DNA of 63,982 bases, filler included, from Thraustochytrium aureum (Eukaryota): assembly GCA_012862495.1 (NCBI GenBank). It is 4 parts of 3 records of this genome, joined end to end, with 100 filler letters (N's around TTAATTAATTAA, not from the genome) between each part and the next. Parts side by side here need not be neighbours in the genome. Positions count along the whole stretch, not along the records: positions 18,054 to 38,913 come from BLSG01000230.1; positions 39,014 to 61,776 come from BLSG01000230.1; 2 more parts are not named here. One strand, given 5' to 3'. Every line of letters begins with the position of its first letter. Position 1 is the first letter of the stretch. This document shows positions 33,783 through 45,099 of the stretch, piece by piece. Made by a program: the position numbers and the translations under genes. The notes beneath the pieces are model-generated. The model saw nothing but the letters and a program-made list of their open reading frames with translations, had not been told where the DNA came from and ran no database searches.

Positions 33783-35590
33783 ATGGCCGAAGACGGACGG
33801 CCGGACGTCATGGCCGGCGAGGGCGGCGAGCTGGGACGCGCGAAGCGGAAGCGAGACGAGGCTGAGGAGGCCAACGCTAGCGCGACGCTCGGTGGGGCGG
33901 CCGTGGAGGAGTCTGGCCCAAAGGAAGGCCGGGAGGCGAACGGACCCTCGACCAAGCCGGCCAAGATAGAGTCGCAACCGCCTGAAATTGTCCCCCAGTC
34001 AAGCGCTGCCGCTGTGGATGTCCGCGAGAGCGCGCCAGGCGCAGCGGCCGAGGCAGGTGCCGGCAGTCTGCCCAAGAGCCGCACAGAGGGTGAAAAGGTA
34101 GTGGCCGTTGCCGCTGATTTGCGCGCGCATCTCGACCAAGAAAATAGCCCCGCTGCAAAGCGCTCGCGTGCACAGGCCAGCGGGGCCCCTGGCGTAGCAA
34201 TCCTCCCAACAGCGAAGAGCCCCGCGGCGGGAAAAACCCTCGCAGCGAAAGCCAGCGAGCAGGGCGAGACGACTGGCGTGAAACTGGAGGGCAACGTGGC
34301 AGAAACGAGCCGAGTCGCGAAACCTACCGGCACGGCTCTAAAGCCGTTGGCTCGGCTCCGTGTGACGTATTTCCACGACCCAGAGCTGTCCGTGTTCGAG
34401 CACAGCCGCGAGCACTGGTTTCGCCCGTTTCGAGCCAAAATGGCCCACAGCTTGATTTGCACGTACGGCTGCTACCCGGCGTTCATGGAGCCGCTGCACC
34501 CGCGCTTGGCAACTCGCACAGACCTTGGCCAGTTTCACTCGGACGCGTACTTGGAGATCCTCGCGACGGCGCAGCGCACGCTTGGACGGCAGTTTGGCTG
34601 GAGCTCAAAGGGCGCCCCGCCAAGAGGCGTCGATGAAGAGCTGTCTGGCAAGGTGAACGAGGTGTTTGGCCGCTTCAACGTAGTGATTGAGCCTGACAAA
34701 GCCACCCACGCCGTGTTCCCCGGCATCCTCGACTATTGTCGCCTCGTGGCGACCGGCTCGCTGGGGTGCGCTGCGCGCTTGTGCCACGGGGACGCCAACC
34801 TCGCCATCAACTGGTACGGCGGCATGTGCCACGCGCGTTCCTCCTCCGCGCGGGCAGGCTGCTATGTGAACGACTCGGTCCTGGCCATCCTCGAGCTGCT
34901 GCAAAAGTTCCCGCGTGTGCTGTTCATCAACCTGAGCGGGGTGCACGCCGACGCCGTGGAGCAGGCCTTTTATACAGCAAATCGCGTCTTCACGGTTTCG
35001 TTCCATCTCCGGCCAACAGCCGACGAAGACGGGGACGAGTCGCCCGAGTTTCCGAATAGTGGCGACGTTGCCGATACTGGCGTCGACGAGGGCGAAGGGT
35101 TTTGCGTCAATGTCCCGCTCGAGCCGGGAGTAGACGACGCCGCGCTGGTCCCACTGTTCCGCACAATAGTTTCCAAGGTCAACGCCGTCTTTGCGCCGCA
35201 GGCCATTGTGCTGCAGTGCGGGGGGGGTTCCTCGCGGGCGAGCGCGACGGGCAATTCAACATGACGTGCCGCGGCTACGGCGACTGCGTGCGCCACGTTC
35301 GCGACTTGGAGGTGCCGCTCATGCTTCTAGGTGGGCCTGGATCAAACATGGCCAACGTGGCGCGCCTCTGGGCGTACTTGACAGCAGTGGTCCTCGGGCT
35401 CGAGGCCGGCCTGCCTGGCGTCATCCCTGAGGGCTCGACAGAGTACCGTGAGTATTTTGCCCCCACCTATGAGACAGTCCTGCCGCGGGTGGAGCTTCCC
35501 AAGGGATTGTCGGATCCAAAGGCGATGCCAGCGCTTCGCCGCAAGATAATGAACAACCTAGACCGCCTCAAGGCCCGCCTGTACGTTTGA
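33783..35590 (+). CDS. Class I (RPD3/HDAC1-type) histone deacetylase homolog, predicted catalytically inactive; frameshift in a G-run at 35220-35227
   Basis: FHSDAYL, VFPGILDYC, AINWYGG, CYVND.VLAILELL, VEQAFYT.NRV.TVSFH, VNVPL..G.DD, P.AIVLQCG, PLMLLGG, NVARLWAY.T and Y.EYFAP.Y. Confidence 0.9.
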
Positions 35591-36025
35591 CAGGGTCGGT
35601 GCCGGTCAGACGCTTTGATAGAATTCGGAAAACCCGGAGTCGACCAAAAATTGATTTTCGAGTTCTTGTTGCTCTCGCGCCATCATTGCTCGCCGAGAAA
35701 AACAAGCACCGTGGAGTGGGGTGGAGCGGAGTGGGTTGCGCGCTCTCCGCTACACATCTGGAACCCTCGCGTGGCGGCTCTGACCTCCGTCGTCGCCCAT
35801 TTCAAGCCGTGTGCTCGCCTCGCTGCACACTGGAGGGCCAGCGCCAAGCAGAAGCCTCTCGCGGCGCCAACACTTGCGAAGCTGCATCTCTCTGTCGCCC
35901 GAGCGCCGACCTACCTGTGCAGCTGACGCATCTCTCTAGAGAGAGCTCGCTTGGTCAAGAGCAGACCAACCTCAGAGGCAGGGCCATCTCGGCGCTCTCC
36001 CGCCGAACTCCTCGCCGCCGACCAC

Positions 36026-36220
36026 CTATGACTTGTGCACAAACCACGCGTAGTAAACCACGATGATCACGAGGAACGCTAGCACGCTGGGCACAAGCAG
36101 GACGGCGACGTGTATCTCCGCGTTGTGCACGAAAAACAGCACGATGAAAACCACCAAAAACACAAACCTCACCAGCACAGCTTGCTGGCTCGTCCTCGAG
36201 CTTCCGCTCGCGTTCGCCAT
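36026..36220 (-). CDS. Possible small two-TM membrane protein (64 aa)
   Basis: MANASG...VLVRFVFLVVFIVLFFVH..IHVAVLLVPSVLAFLVIIVVYYAWFVHKS: two hydrophobic helices. No family recognised. Confidence 0.4.
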   Translation of the reverse strand: MANASGSSRTSQQAVLVRFVFLVVFIVLFFVHNAEIHVAVLLVPSVLAFLVIIVVYYAWFVHKS

Positions 36221-36396
36221 CCTCCTTCGCCCGCCGCGCTTCCAGCCCCGGCAGCCAACCGCAGGGCGCGCCGGCTTCTTCACGGACGACGAGGCCGGCG
36301 ACCGCAAGCTCGCCGTCGCCGCAGGCAGCAACCGACCCGCAAGCGCTCCTCCCGGCGCGCCCGAACCAACCAGCCAACCAACCCGCAAGCCTGCGC

Positions 36397-36397
36397 G

Positions 36398-36432
<35 letters not shown>
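36397..36432. repeat. (GCCT)9 microsatellite
   Basis: Perfect tetranucleotide run in the intergenic region upstream of the ABCG gene. Confidence 0.92.
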
Positions 36433-36433
<1 letters not shown>

Positions 36434-36710
36434 CGCTCGGCCCGCGGTGGCGATGCGAGTCTGGTCGAGGTTGGGAAGGGGATTGGATGGGAAGGGACAA
36501 AATGGCTTGGCGCTTGCTCGATCCCGCAGACGCGTCTCGCTCACCACTCGCAGGCTCTCCCTCCGCGTGAGCCGCGACGCTCTGGACGCAAGCGCCCGCC
36601 GCAGAGCTCGGCCAGGCCCCGCGCTGGACGGGAGCAGGCGCAGGAGCAAGAGAGGGCGCGCTCTCTAGTAGCTAGGGAAGGCTCAGCAAGCGAGGATCGT
36701 GGACGCGACG

Positions 36711-38668
36711 ATGCTGACGCAGGGGCTGCTTGAACACGTCGCTGACCCTGAGGCTGGCCGGTCGGCGCACGATGGCGGTGGCGTGCTGCTGAGCTTTCAG
36801 GATGTCAGGTTTACGGTGCAGCGGGGCACGCGCGAAGAGAAGGAGATTCTTCATGGCGTGTCTGGGGTCGTGCCGGCGGGCAAGGTGACCGCGCTGTTTG
36901 GCCCGACGGGGTCTGGGAAGAGCACGCTCTTGGATGTCCTGGCGGGCCGCAAGGACGCGAGCCGCGTCGATGGCACCGTTCTCGTCAACAACGCGCCCAT
37001 GAGGCCCGGCGATTTTAACGCAATCGCCGGGTATGTCGTGCAGGACGACCTGCTCATGGGAAACCTGACCTGCCGCGAGAACATCGCCTTCTCGGCTCAG
37101 CTCCGGCTCGCCGCGGATATGAGCGACGGCCACAAGAACGATGTCGTGGATCACGTCGTCGAAAGTCTCGGGCTCGGCGCGTGCGCGGACACGCTTGTCG
37201 GCGACGACTTTGTTCGCGGGCTCTCGGGCGGGGAGCGCAAGCGGACCAACATCGGGTGCGAGCTTGTGATCCAGCCGCGCGTCCTTCTTCTAGACGAGCC
37301 CTGAGCGGGCTCGACGCCANNNNNNNNNNNNNNNNNNNNNNNNNNNNNNNNNNNNNNNNNNNNNNNNNNNNNNNNNNNNNNNNNNNNNNNNNNNNNNNNN
37401 NNNNNNNNNNNNNNNNNNNNNNNNNNNNNNNNNNNNNNNNNNNNNNNNNNNNNNNNNNNNNNNNNNNNNNNNNNNNNNNNNNNNNNNNNNNNNNNNNNNN
37501 NNNNNNNNNNNNNNNNNNNNNNNNNNNNNNNNNNNNNNNNNNNNNNNNNNNNNNNNNNNNNNNCGGCCCGCGAGAGGACGTCGTGGCTCACTTCGGGGCG
37601 GCCGGCTTTCGCTGCGAGAGCTTCAACAACCCTGCAGACTTTTTGCTTGACGTGCTGAGCGGCATTGTTCCGAATGAGCACGACCCGGGCCTGCCCTCGG
37701 ATCTCGATGCGCCGATGCGCGCGCACGACCATCTCGTTGCCTTTTGGGGCTCGAGCAAGCTCGGCAACGCGCTGCGGGCCGAGCTTGACGCTGGCGGCGC
37801 GCAGCCCGCTGGTTTGCTGCCAACGAGGCCCAAGCGCCCCGGGTTTTGGCGCCAGTTTGCCATCATCTCAGCCAAGACGTTGCGCGGGCTCGCGCGGCTG
37901 CCCAAGGTAGTAGTGATGCAGCTGGGCACCATGGTCTTCTTCGGGGCGATCACAGGCGCCATCTACTACAAGCTCGATTTTACGCAGAACGGCCTGCAGA
38001 ATCGCCTGGGGGCCTTTTTCTTTCTCATCATGAGCATGGTGTTTGGCAACCTCAACGGGATCGAGCTGTTCCTGCGGGAGAGGGCTCTCTTCATCCACCA
38101 ACGCTCCAACCGCTACTACGACACGGGGCCTTACTTTGCGGCCATGCTCGCCTGCGACTTGGTGCCGATGCGCATCTTTCCGATGGTGGTGTACTGCTGC
38201 ATCGTGTACCCGATGATGGGGTTCCAGGCCCACTGGGACAACTTTGTCTGGTTTGTGGCCACGCTCATTGTCGAGGCCATCTGCTCTGGCACGCTCTGCT
38301 ACTTGATGAGCGCGGCCATCGGCGTTTTTGCTATCGCCAATCTGGCGGTCTCTGTCGTCTACGTCGTGTCCATGATATTTGGCGGCCTCCTCGTCAGCCT
38401 CGATAGCCTCCCGCCTCTGCTGCACTGGGTCCAGTACCTCAGTTTTTTCAAGTACGGGTACGAGGCGCTCGCCATCACCGAGCTGCACGGGCTAACGTTT
38501 GATGCAGGTTTCGGGCCGGCTCAGGTCGACGTTTCGGGCGACCAGATCCTCTCGATGCGCGGCTTTGACGTCGCCAACCGCCCCTCGGACATCTTGGCGA
38601 TGCTTGGGCTGTCGTTCGTGTTCGCCGCCATGTCGTACTTTTGCCTCGACCGCCTCGCCAAGAATTAG
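36711..38668 (+). CDS. ABCG (white/ABCG2-like) half transporter; internal gap and a 1-bp slip at about 37300
   Basis: Walker A GPTGSGKST, YVVQDD, signature LSGGERKR, Walker B LLLDEP.SGLDA, NNPADFLLD, ERALFIHQ and YLSFFKYGYEAL; NBD-TMD order. Confidence 0.94.
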
Positions 38669-38913
38669 TGACGTGGCCTGCCCTGTGGGGTCTCGCTGGA
38701 CGCGTACCGGTGTGAAGGTTGCGAGCCAGGGCTCGCAGAATTCAAATCGCGTCCTCCGCGACAGCGTTCACACTTGGACTCGGCCAAGACGCCTTTCTCC
38801 CTCTGACCCACACTGGCCGTTCGCTTCGAATCTCCGAAGAATCATCCTGAAAACCCCAAAAGCAAAACAGCAAAACCTTTTTTTCATGACCGGATCGTGC
38901 AAGCCGAGTAGGA

Positions 38914-39013
38914 NNNNNNNNNNNNNNNNNNNNNNNNNNNNNNNNNNNNNNNNNNNNTTAATTAATTAANNNNNNNNNNNNNNNNNNNNNNNNNNNNNNN
39001 NNNNNNNNNNNNN
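38914..39013. other. Artificial scaffold spacer N44-TTAATTAATTAA-N44
   Basis: Linker at 38958-38969. Confidence 0.97.
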
Positions 39014-40889
39014 ATGAGCCTCGTGGTTGCAACAGAGCGCGAGCCCGCTCCTGAGCAGCAACGGCGCAGCCCGCGAGAGCGCAATCTCCAGTTTCGCAAC
39101 TGGCTCCACCTCGGAGAGTTGCGCTTCAAGCAGCCTCGACAGCAAAAGCCCCGTGGAGGGCCGTGGCTCGCATTGGAGCGACATTGGCAGCGCAGCTTCC
39201 GCCTGCTCTGATGCGCAACTGTCAGGGCGACTTTGCCGCGCCGAAAGCGTCAGTAGCTTTGGCAGCCTCGAGAGCTCAAGCGCTGGGAGCGCCGGGTCTT
39301 TGGGTTGCGCAACCCAACGGAGAAGGGGCCCAGGGCGCAAGCCTGGCTCTCACGGCAAAGGCCAGCAGCCCAAGTGGGGGCCCACAAGTACCCGGGCCGG
39401 CTCGTTGCCCAAACCCAGGCGCGGCGCTGGCGGCAAGCAAAGCATGGGTCTCAGCGCCGATGCGGTCGACAGTGAGGCAGAGGCGTGTAGGAGCGCTTTC
39501 CAGACCGACGCGGCATCGGGGTGCGCCTCCGTCGCCGTTGACACGGGCGCATGGCATGTCCTGCAGTTTGACGAGAGCACTTGTCAGCAAAACGCGCTTG
39601 CGGTCCCGAGGTGGGTTGCACGCGGCACTCTCGGGCCGCTCTGCTCGGCTTTCGCGGCCTCGCTGCGCTATGCCCCGTTTCAGTTCTCTGGGCGCCGCTT
39701 CAGATTGGCAAGCCAGTCGTCGTCGCGGGTTCTCCAAGCCGTGCAGGCCTCCCCGCGGCCGCCGCCGCCTTGCAAGGTCGCGCATACGAGTGAGCAAGAA
39801 ACCTCGAGCGGGGCCCAGCAGGTGCTGCTGGCGACTGGCCACGAGGACGGGACCATTTTGCTTTGGGGCAAGCGGGCCGGCTTCTTGCGCTCCATCCACT
39901 CTGCGGACTCGCTGGCAGTTGTCAAGCTGCACCTGGGCGCCGGCTTTGTCGCAAGTGGCCACCGCGGGGGCGCCGTGAACCTCTGGTGCCTCGCGACGGG
40001 AAGGAAAACGAGCTCGATGACGGCGGCAGGGCCGGGCGACATTTCCTGCCTGCACTGCTCGGACGACCTCGTTTTCGCGAGCTCGTCGCTGGGGCAAGTC
40101 TGCATTTGGCGGCGATCTGGACGATTGGTGGCATCGTACCAAGCGCACCAGGGTAGGGTGACGAGCTTGCGGAGCATGAGTGTGCTCGGCGCCGCCCCGA
40201 GCGCCGCTGGCCCGTCGGAAGCCCTGGAACAGCAGCTCGTCGTTGCCAGCGGGCGGCCAAGACGGCGTCGTTTTGATCAAGCGGCTGTGCCTTTCCAAGC
40301 CCGCTCCTGGCACCTTAGGCGGGGGCTCAAGTCTTGCAAAGGAAACTGCATCGAAAGCGCTGGTCGGCCATTCGGGGGCTGTGCGGGACGTGCACCTCGA
40401 CGGCGACCGGCTTGTTTCTTGCGGCGACGACGGCACCGTTCGCTTTTGGGGCGTGCACAAGGCGCCTGAAGAATGCAGGGCGTTGCGCACCATTCGCTGG
40501 AAGCGGTCTGGCGCCCCGATCGTTTCGCTGCACGTTGGCGCGAGCTTTGTGGCTGGCGCCAGGTCGGACGGCTCCATCGTGGCATTCACGTTTCTCTCGA
40601 GCTGGGAGGCCCTTTCGGACGCGGTAGGCCGCGCGGGCCACGAGGACGTCCTGTTCAAGGCGCACGCTGTTCCGGACCTTGCCGGAGCTGTACAGTCCCA
40701 GCTTCGTACCGCTTCGGGGCGGAAGAAAAGACCCCGGGGAGCGCAGGACGATTTGCCAAAAAGCAAACCTCGTCCGCAAGGTCGCTGGCCAAGATGTCTC
40801 GCGAGAACATCGACGATCTCCTGTTTGAGGACGCTTTCGACGAGCTCGCCCTGCAACAGATGCACGACTACCACAACGGCTACGTGTAA
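39014..40889 (+). CDS. WD40-repeat protein with low-complexity N-terminus; probably 5' partial; apparent frameshifts near 40250 and 40780
   Basis: LLATGHEDGTILLW, FVASGHRGGAVNLW, AHQGRVTSL and LVGHSGAVRDVHLDGDRLVSCGDDGTVRFW across frames. The final frame ends ...HDYHNGYV* at 40889. Confidence 0.72.
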
Positions 40890-42228
40890 AGGGATTGTAC
40901 ACTTTGTTGTTTTGTTGGGACTCGATCGATCAGTGATGAGTAGAGTACCAGTGGTTTGCTGATGCCAAACGCGCAGGGGCAGCCCGCTTGGTTCCTGCGT
41001 TTGCGCACCAAAATATACACTCGCGGTGGTCGCCGCCCATTTCGAGCTGGCAGGCTCACCACTCCTCGAACAACGAGAGACTTGCCAAAGATAGGTCCAC
41101 CGAGTCTTGCGCGCAGGCCAGCTGCTGCACGCGCCTCTGGAGGCCGCTCCNNNNNNNNNNNNNNNNNNNNNNNNNNNNNNNNNNNNNNNNNNNNNNNNNN
41201 NNNNNNNNNNNNNNNNNNNNNNNNNNNNNNNNNNNNNNNNNNNNNNNNNNNNNNNNNNNNNNNNNNNNNNNNNNNNNNNNNNNNNNNNNNNNNNNNNNNN
41301 NNNNNNNNNNNNNNNNNNNNNNNNNNNNNNNNNNNNNNNNNNNNNNNNNNNNNNNNNNNNNNNNNNNNNNNNNNNNNNNNNNNNNNNNNNNNNNNNNNNN
41401 NNNNNNNNNNNNNNNNNNNNNNNNNNNNNNNNNNNNNNNNNNNNNNNNNNNNNNNNNNNNNNNNNNNNNNNNNNNNNNNNNNNNNNNNNNNNNNNNNNNN
41501 NNNNNNNNNNNNNNNNNNNNNNNNNNNNNNNNNNNNNNNNNNNNNNNNNNNNNNNNNNNNNNNNNNNNNNNNNNNNNNNNNNNNNNNNNNNNNNNNNNNN
41601 NNNNNNNNNNNNNNNNNNNNNNNNNNNNNNNNNNNNNNNNNNNNNNNNNNNNNNNNNNNNNNNNNNNNNNNNNNNNNNNNNNNNNNNNNNNNNNNNNNNN
41701 NNNNNNNNNNNNNNNNNNNNNNNNNNNNNNNNNNNNNNNNNNNNNNNNNNNNNNNNNNNNNNNNNNNNNNNNNNNNNNNNNNNNNNNNNNNNNNNNNNNN
41801 NNNNNNNNNNNNNNNNNNNNNNNNNNNNNNNNNNNNNNNNNNNNNNNNNNNNNNNNNNNNNNNNNNNNNNNNNNNNNNNNNNNNNNNNNNNNNNNNNNNN
41901 NNNNNNNNNNNNNNNNNNNNNNNNNNNNNNNNNNNNNNNNNNNNNNNNNNNTGGGCCAGTCAAGGGGCTGTGATGGGTTTAGATGATGCTGGCGCGCCCG
42001 TGCAAGGACGCGGTTTCGGTTGGATGAACGGACGGCGCCGCGTCGCGGGTCTCTACTAGCTAGCTGCTGGTGCCACGAACGGCCAACCAAGGTGGATGGA
42101 CGGGCGCGGTTTGGCCGCGGTTGCAAGGCTGAATGCGGCGCCGATACGCCGCTCGACGACAATGCTCGCAACCTCCGAAACCTGGCATGTACTCTCAAGC
42201 TCTAGTAGAGTTAGCGGTGAGGGTCTAG

Positions 42229-44508
42229 CTAGGCGCCCAGCGGGCCTTGCAGCAGCTCTGCGCGGAGCTCCAGCAGGCGCTGGTTTGCTCGGATAAACGA
42301 CTCCGGGCTGTTGATTGGCAGACGCTCCCCGTCCACAACGATCCCTGCTAGGCCCTGCTGCTCGCGCAACTTCTCGAGCGCAGGGGTGAAGGCGATCTCG
42401 CCCTTTTTGTCACGAATATCGTGTTCAACGTCGTGCGCCAGTATATCAAAGATCGCGCCGTCGCTCAAGGCATACATGCCAAACATGGTGAGGAACTCGT
42501 CGTCGGGCATGCCTGGAACGTGCAGATTGGCTTGCGCATATTCAGCGGACGGCTTTTCAACAACGGCAGTGATCGTGAGCATCTTGTCCCCTCCTTCGCA
42601 AGCACCGGCAACGCCTTGGCCGCTAAAGGCGCCCCCAACGGTGCCGAACCGCGGCACCTCTGCTGCTCCCGATGTCTTGAGCCCGATCACACTCTTTCCT
42701 GCGCTCGTTTGAGCCGACAGGATTTGCTCGACGCAGCTGGGCGCGTTTGAGGCGAGAGATAGACGTGGTGGCCAAGAACGAGGAGAAACGGGTTGTCGCC
42801 CACAACGGTGTGCGCGCAAAAGACGGCGTGGCCGTACCCCATTTGGCGCTCTTGCACGACAAACTCGACGTGCCGCCCCATGTCGATGACTTGGCGCGCG
42901 TACGACTCGTGCTTGCCCTGGTGCGGGAGCTTGCGCGCGTTGCCCGGGGTGACGCTCTCTTTGAAGAGCCTGCGAAACTGCACGAGGTCCTCCTCCTGCA
43001 CGACGAGGATGATGCGCTCCAGGCCGGCGTCGAGGAGCTGCTCGATAGTGCCCAAAATAAGCGGCTTGCAGAGGCCGTCGCGTGGGTCGTAGATGGGAAA
43101 GAGCTCTGCCTTGCAGGCTTGGCTGGCAGGGAAAAGGGTCCCTGCGAATCCCCCTGCCGGGATCACCGCTGTCTGGATCTTGCTGGCGGGGCTGATGGTC
43201 AGGAGGAGCGGACTCATATTGAGCTCGTCTTTGACAATGCGCGCAACCTCGTCCTGCGCCTCGGCACTCTTGCAGAGCAGCTGCGCGGTGCCATCGCCCC
43301 CCGCACCAACCCATTTCCCCCCGGTGATATACTGCTGCAGCGCTGGGTGGCTCAGGCACCGGCGTAGCTCTGGAGCCTTGAGCGGCTCTGGACTGACCGC
43401 ACCGCCAAACTCGTCAAAGCGGCCTGCATCTCGGTGAACAGCTGTCCGAGTGCCTCAACAATATCGGCGTCTGACATTCCGTCAGTGCCTTTGCCGCGGG
43501 ATATGAGCTCCTCGGCGCGGAGAACGATCCGCTTGTTGGTCTCGCCGAGAAAGCGGTGAAGGCCGCGGTGTGCCTCGGTTTGGGGGTGTGGGTAGGCGCT
43601 CTGCAGGCCCGAGAGGATCTCTGTCGTGCTCTTGGCGCCCCGCAGGTCGACGACTACGAGGTGAAGCTCCACGGCGACGCGAATGCGCTCGACCGCGAGG
43701 AAGTCGCCGTCGTACATCATACGAACTGGCGTGCTCCCGAACGCGCAGGCCTGGTCTAGCTTGCCGCACTGCGAGGGGGTGATGCGCTCACCGTGGTACG
43801 CGTACTCCATCTCCCCGCGGGTTGTGAGGTGGAGATCATAGAGCTTGTTGAACGCGCGTGCCGCGAGGACGCAGATCGCGGCGGACGAGGAGAGCCCCTT
43901 CTTGAGCGGCAGGGTGGACATGTAGTTGTCAATGTCGATCCCGCCAACGACGTGGTCTTGCAGAATGGCGTACGCAACCCCTGCCACGTAGCTCCAATGT
44001 CCGCCGGCGCGCGCCACAGCCAGGAGCGAGTCGGGGTCCATGCTGAGTTCCGTGTGCGCTCTGTTGCCGTCATTGTCCGTGCTCGTTGCCAAGATCTTGC
44101 TCGGGTGCTTTTTCACGCGGGCATACAGACCTTGGTTCGTCCCTGTGACAAGAGTGTACCCTTCGCCGATGTTCTGGTTGAATCGCCGGAGCGAGCCCGA
44201 CCTTTGGTCCGCGTCAGCTGGGGCCACTTGTCTGCCCTGTGCGAGCGCGCACAACGTACCAGTCGCTGTGTTCTCCGAGCAGACAAACGCTGCGCAACGC
44301 TTGTCGCAAGAACGCCAACCGTCAGACAAGCCGCAGCCAAGCTCAAAGCGCGCAGACAGAGCGCAAGCCCTTTCTTTCCTCTCGCCTCGTCTCCTGCAAG
44401 GACCAGGGACTTGCTACCGATCAAGCACACCGGCCTCTGCTCGCCCTTCCGTGACACGGCGCCGTCCAGGCCTCCCAGCACTCACCGTCCCGGCACGAAG
44501 AGCTCCAT
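42229..44508 (-). CDS. GHMP sugar kinase fused to a C-terminal sugar-1-phosphate nucleotidyltransferase (GalU-like); 3 exons (44508-44486, 44289-44260, 44201-42229); apparent frameshifts near 43420 and 42755
   Basis: Spliced N-terminus MELFVPGRVCLLGEHSDW; LPLKKGLSSSAA, CGKLDQ and GGKWVGAGGDG; then AVIPAGGFAGTLFP, VVQERQMGYGHAV, FLLVLGHHVY, VVEKP and FGMYAL. Confidence 0.88.
44202..44259 (-). other. Spliceosomal intron 2 (58 bp) of the GHMP-nucleotidyltransferase gene
   Basis: TG|GTACGT donor, GCTGAC branch and AAG| acceptor; restores the W of HSDW. Confidence 0.85.
44290..44485 (-). other. Spliceosomal intron 1 (196 bp) of the GHMP-nucleotidyltransferase gene
   Basis: CG|GTGAGT donor, TCTGAC branch and GCAG| acceptor; restores the PGRVCLLGEH GHMP motif. 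Confidence 0.88.
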
Positions 44509-44554
44509 TCGCGCGCCGCCAACCTCCGTCAAGTCGACCCAGCTCGAGCCGACA

Positions 44555-44623
44555 GCGCCAGCAACGCCAGCAACGCAAGCAGCGCCAACAACGCCAGCAA
44601 CGCAAGCAGCAGCAGCAGCAGCA
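44555..44623. repeat. 27-bp duplication followed by a (GCA)n run
   Basis: agcgcca(g/a)caacgccagcaacgcaagc twice, then agcagcagcagcagcagg. Confidence 0.8.
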
Positions 44624-45099
44624 GGATGGCCAGCGGCTNNNNNNNNNNNNNNNNNNNNNNNNNNNNNNNNNNNNNNNNNNNNNNNNNNNNNNNNNNNNNN
44701 NNNNNNNNNNNNNNNNNNNNNNNNNNNNNNNNNNNNNNNNNNNNNNNNNNNNNNNNNNNNNNNNNNNNNNNNNNNNNNNNNNNNNNNNNNNNNNNNNNNN
44801 NNNNNNNNNNNNNNNNNNNNNNNNNNNNNNNNNNNNNNNNNNNNNNNNNNNNNNNNNNNNNNNNNNNNNNNNNNNNNNNNNNNNNNNNNNNNNNNNNNNN
44901 NNNNNNNNNNNNNNNNNNNNNNNNNNNNNNNNNNNNNNNNNNNNNNNNNNNNNNNNNNNNNNNNNNNNNNNNNNNNNNNNNNNNNNNNNNNNNNNNNNNN
45001 NNNNNNNNNNNNNNNNNNNNNNNNNNNNNNNNNNNNNNNNNNNNNNNNNNNNNNNNNNNNNNNNNNNNNNNNNNNNNNNNNNNNNNNNNNNNNNNNNNN

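Noticed and set aside
30372..35590. SET + phosphatase-like + HDAC in tandem as a chromatin cluster
   Set aside because: The SET protein is of the LSMT/SETD3 non-histone class, and adjacency in a compact genome is weak evidence.
39276..41986. Very long ORFs running through N gaps (also 4691-5403, 44529-45100, 52056-53716, 57741-58888)
   Set aside because: The lengths come from stop-free N runs, and the non-N parts are mostly antisense shadows of real genes in GC-rich DNA.
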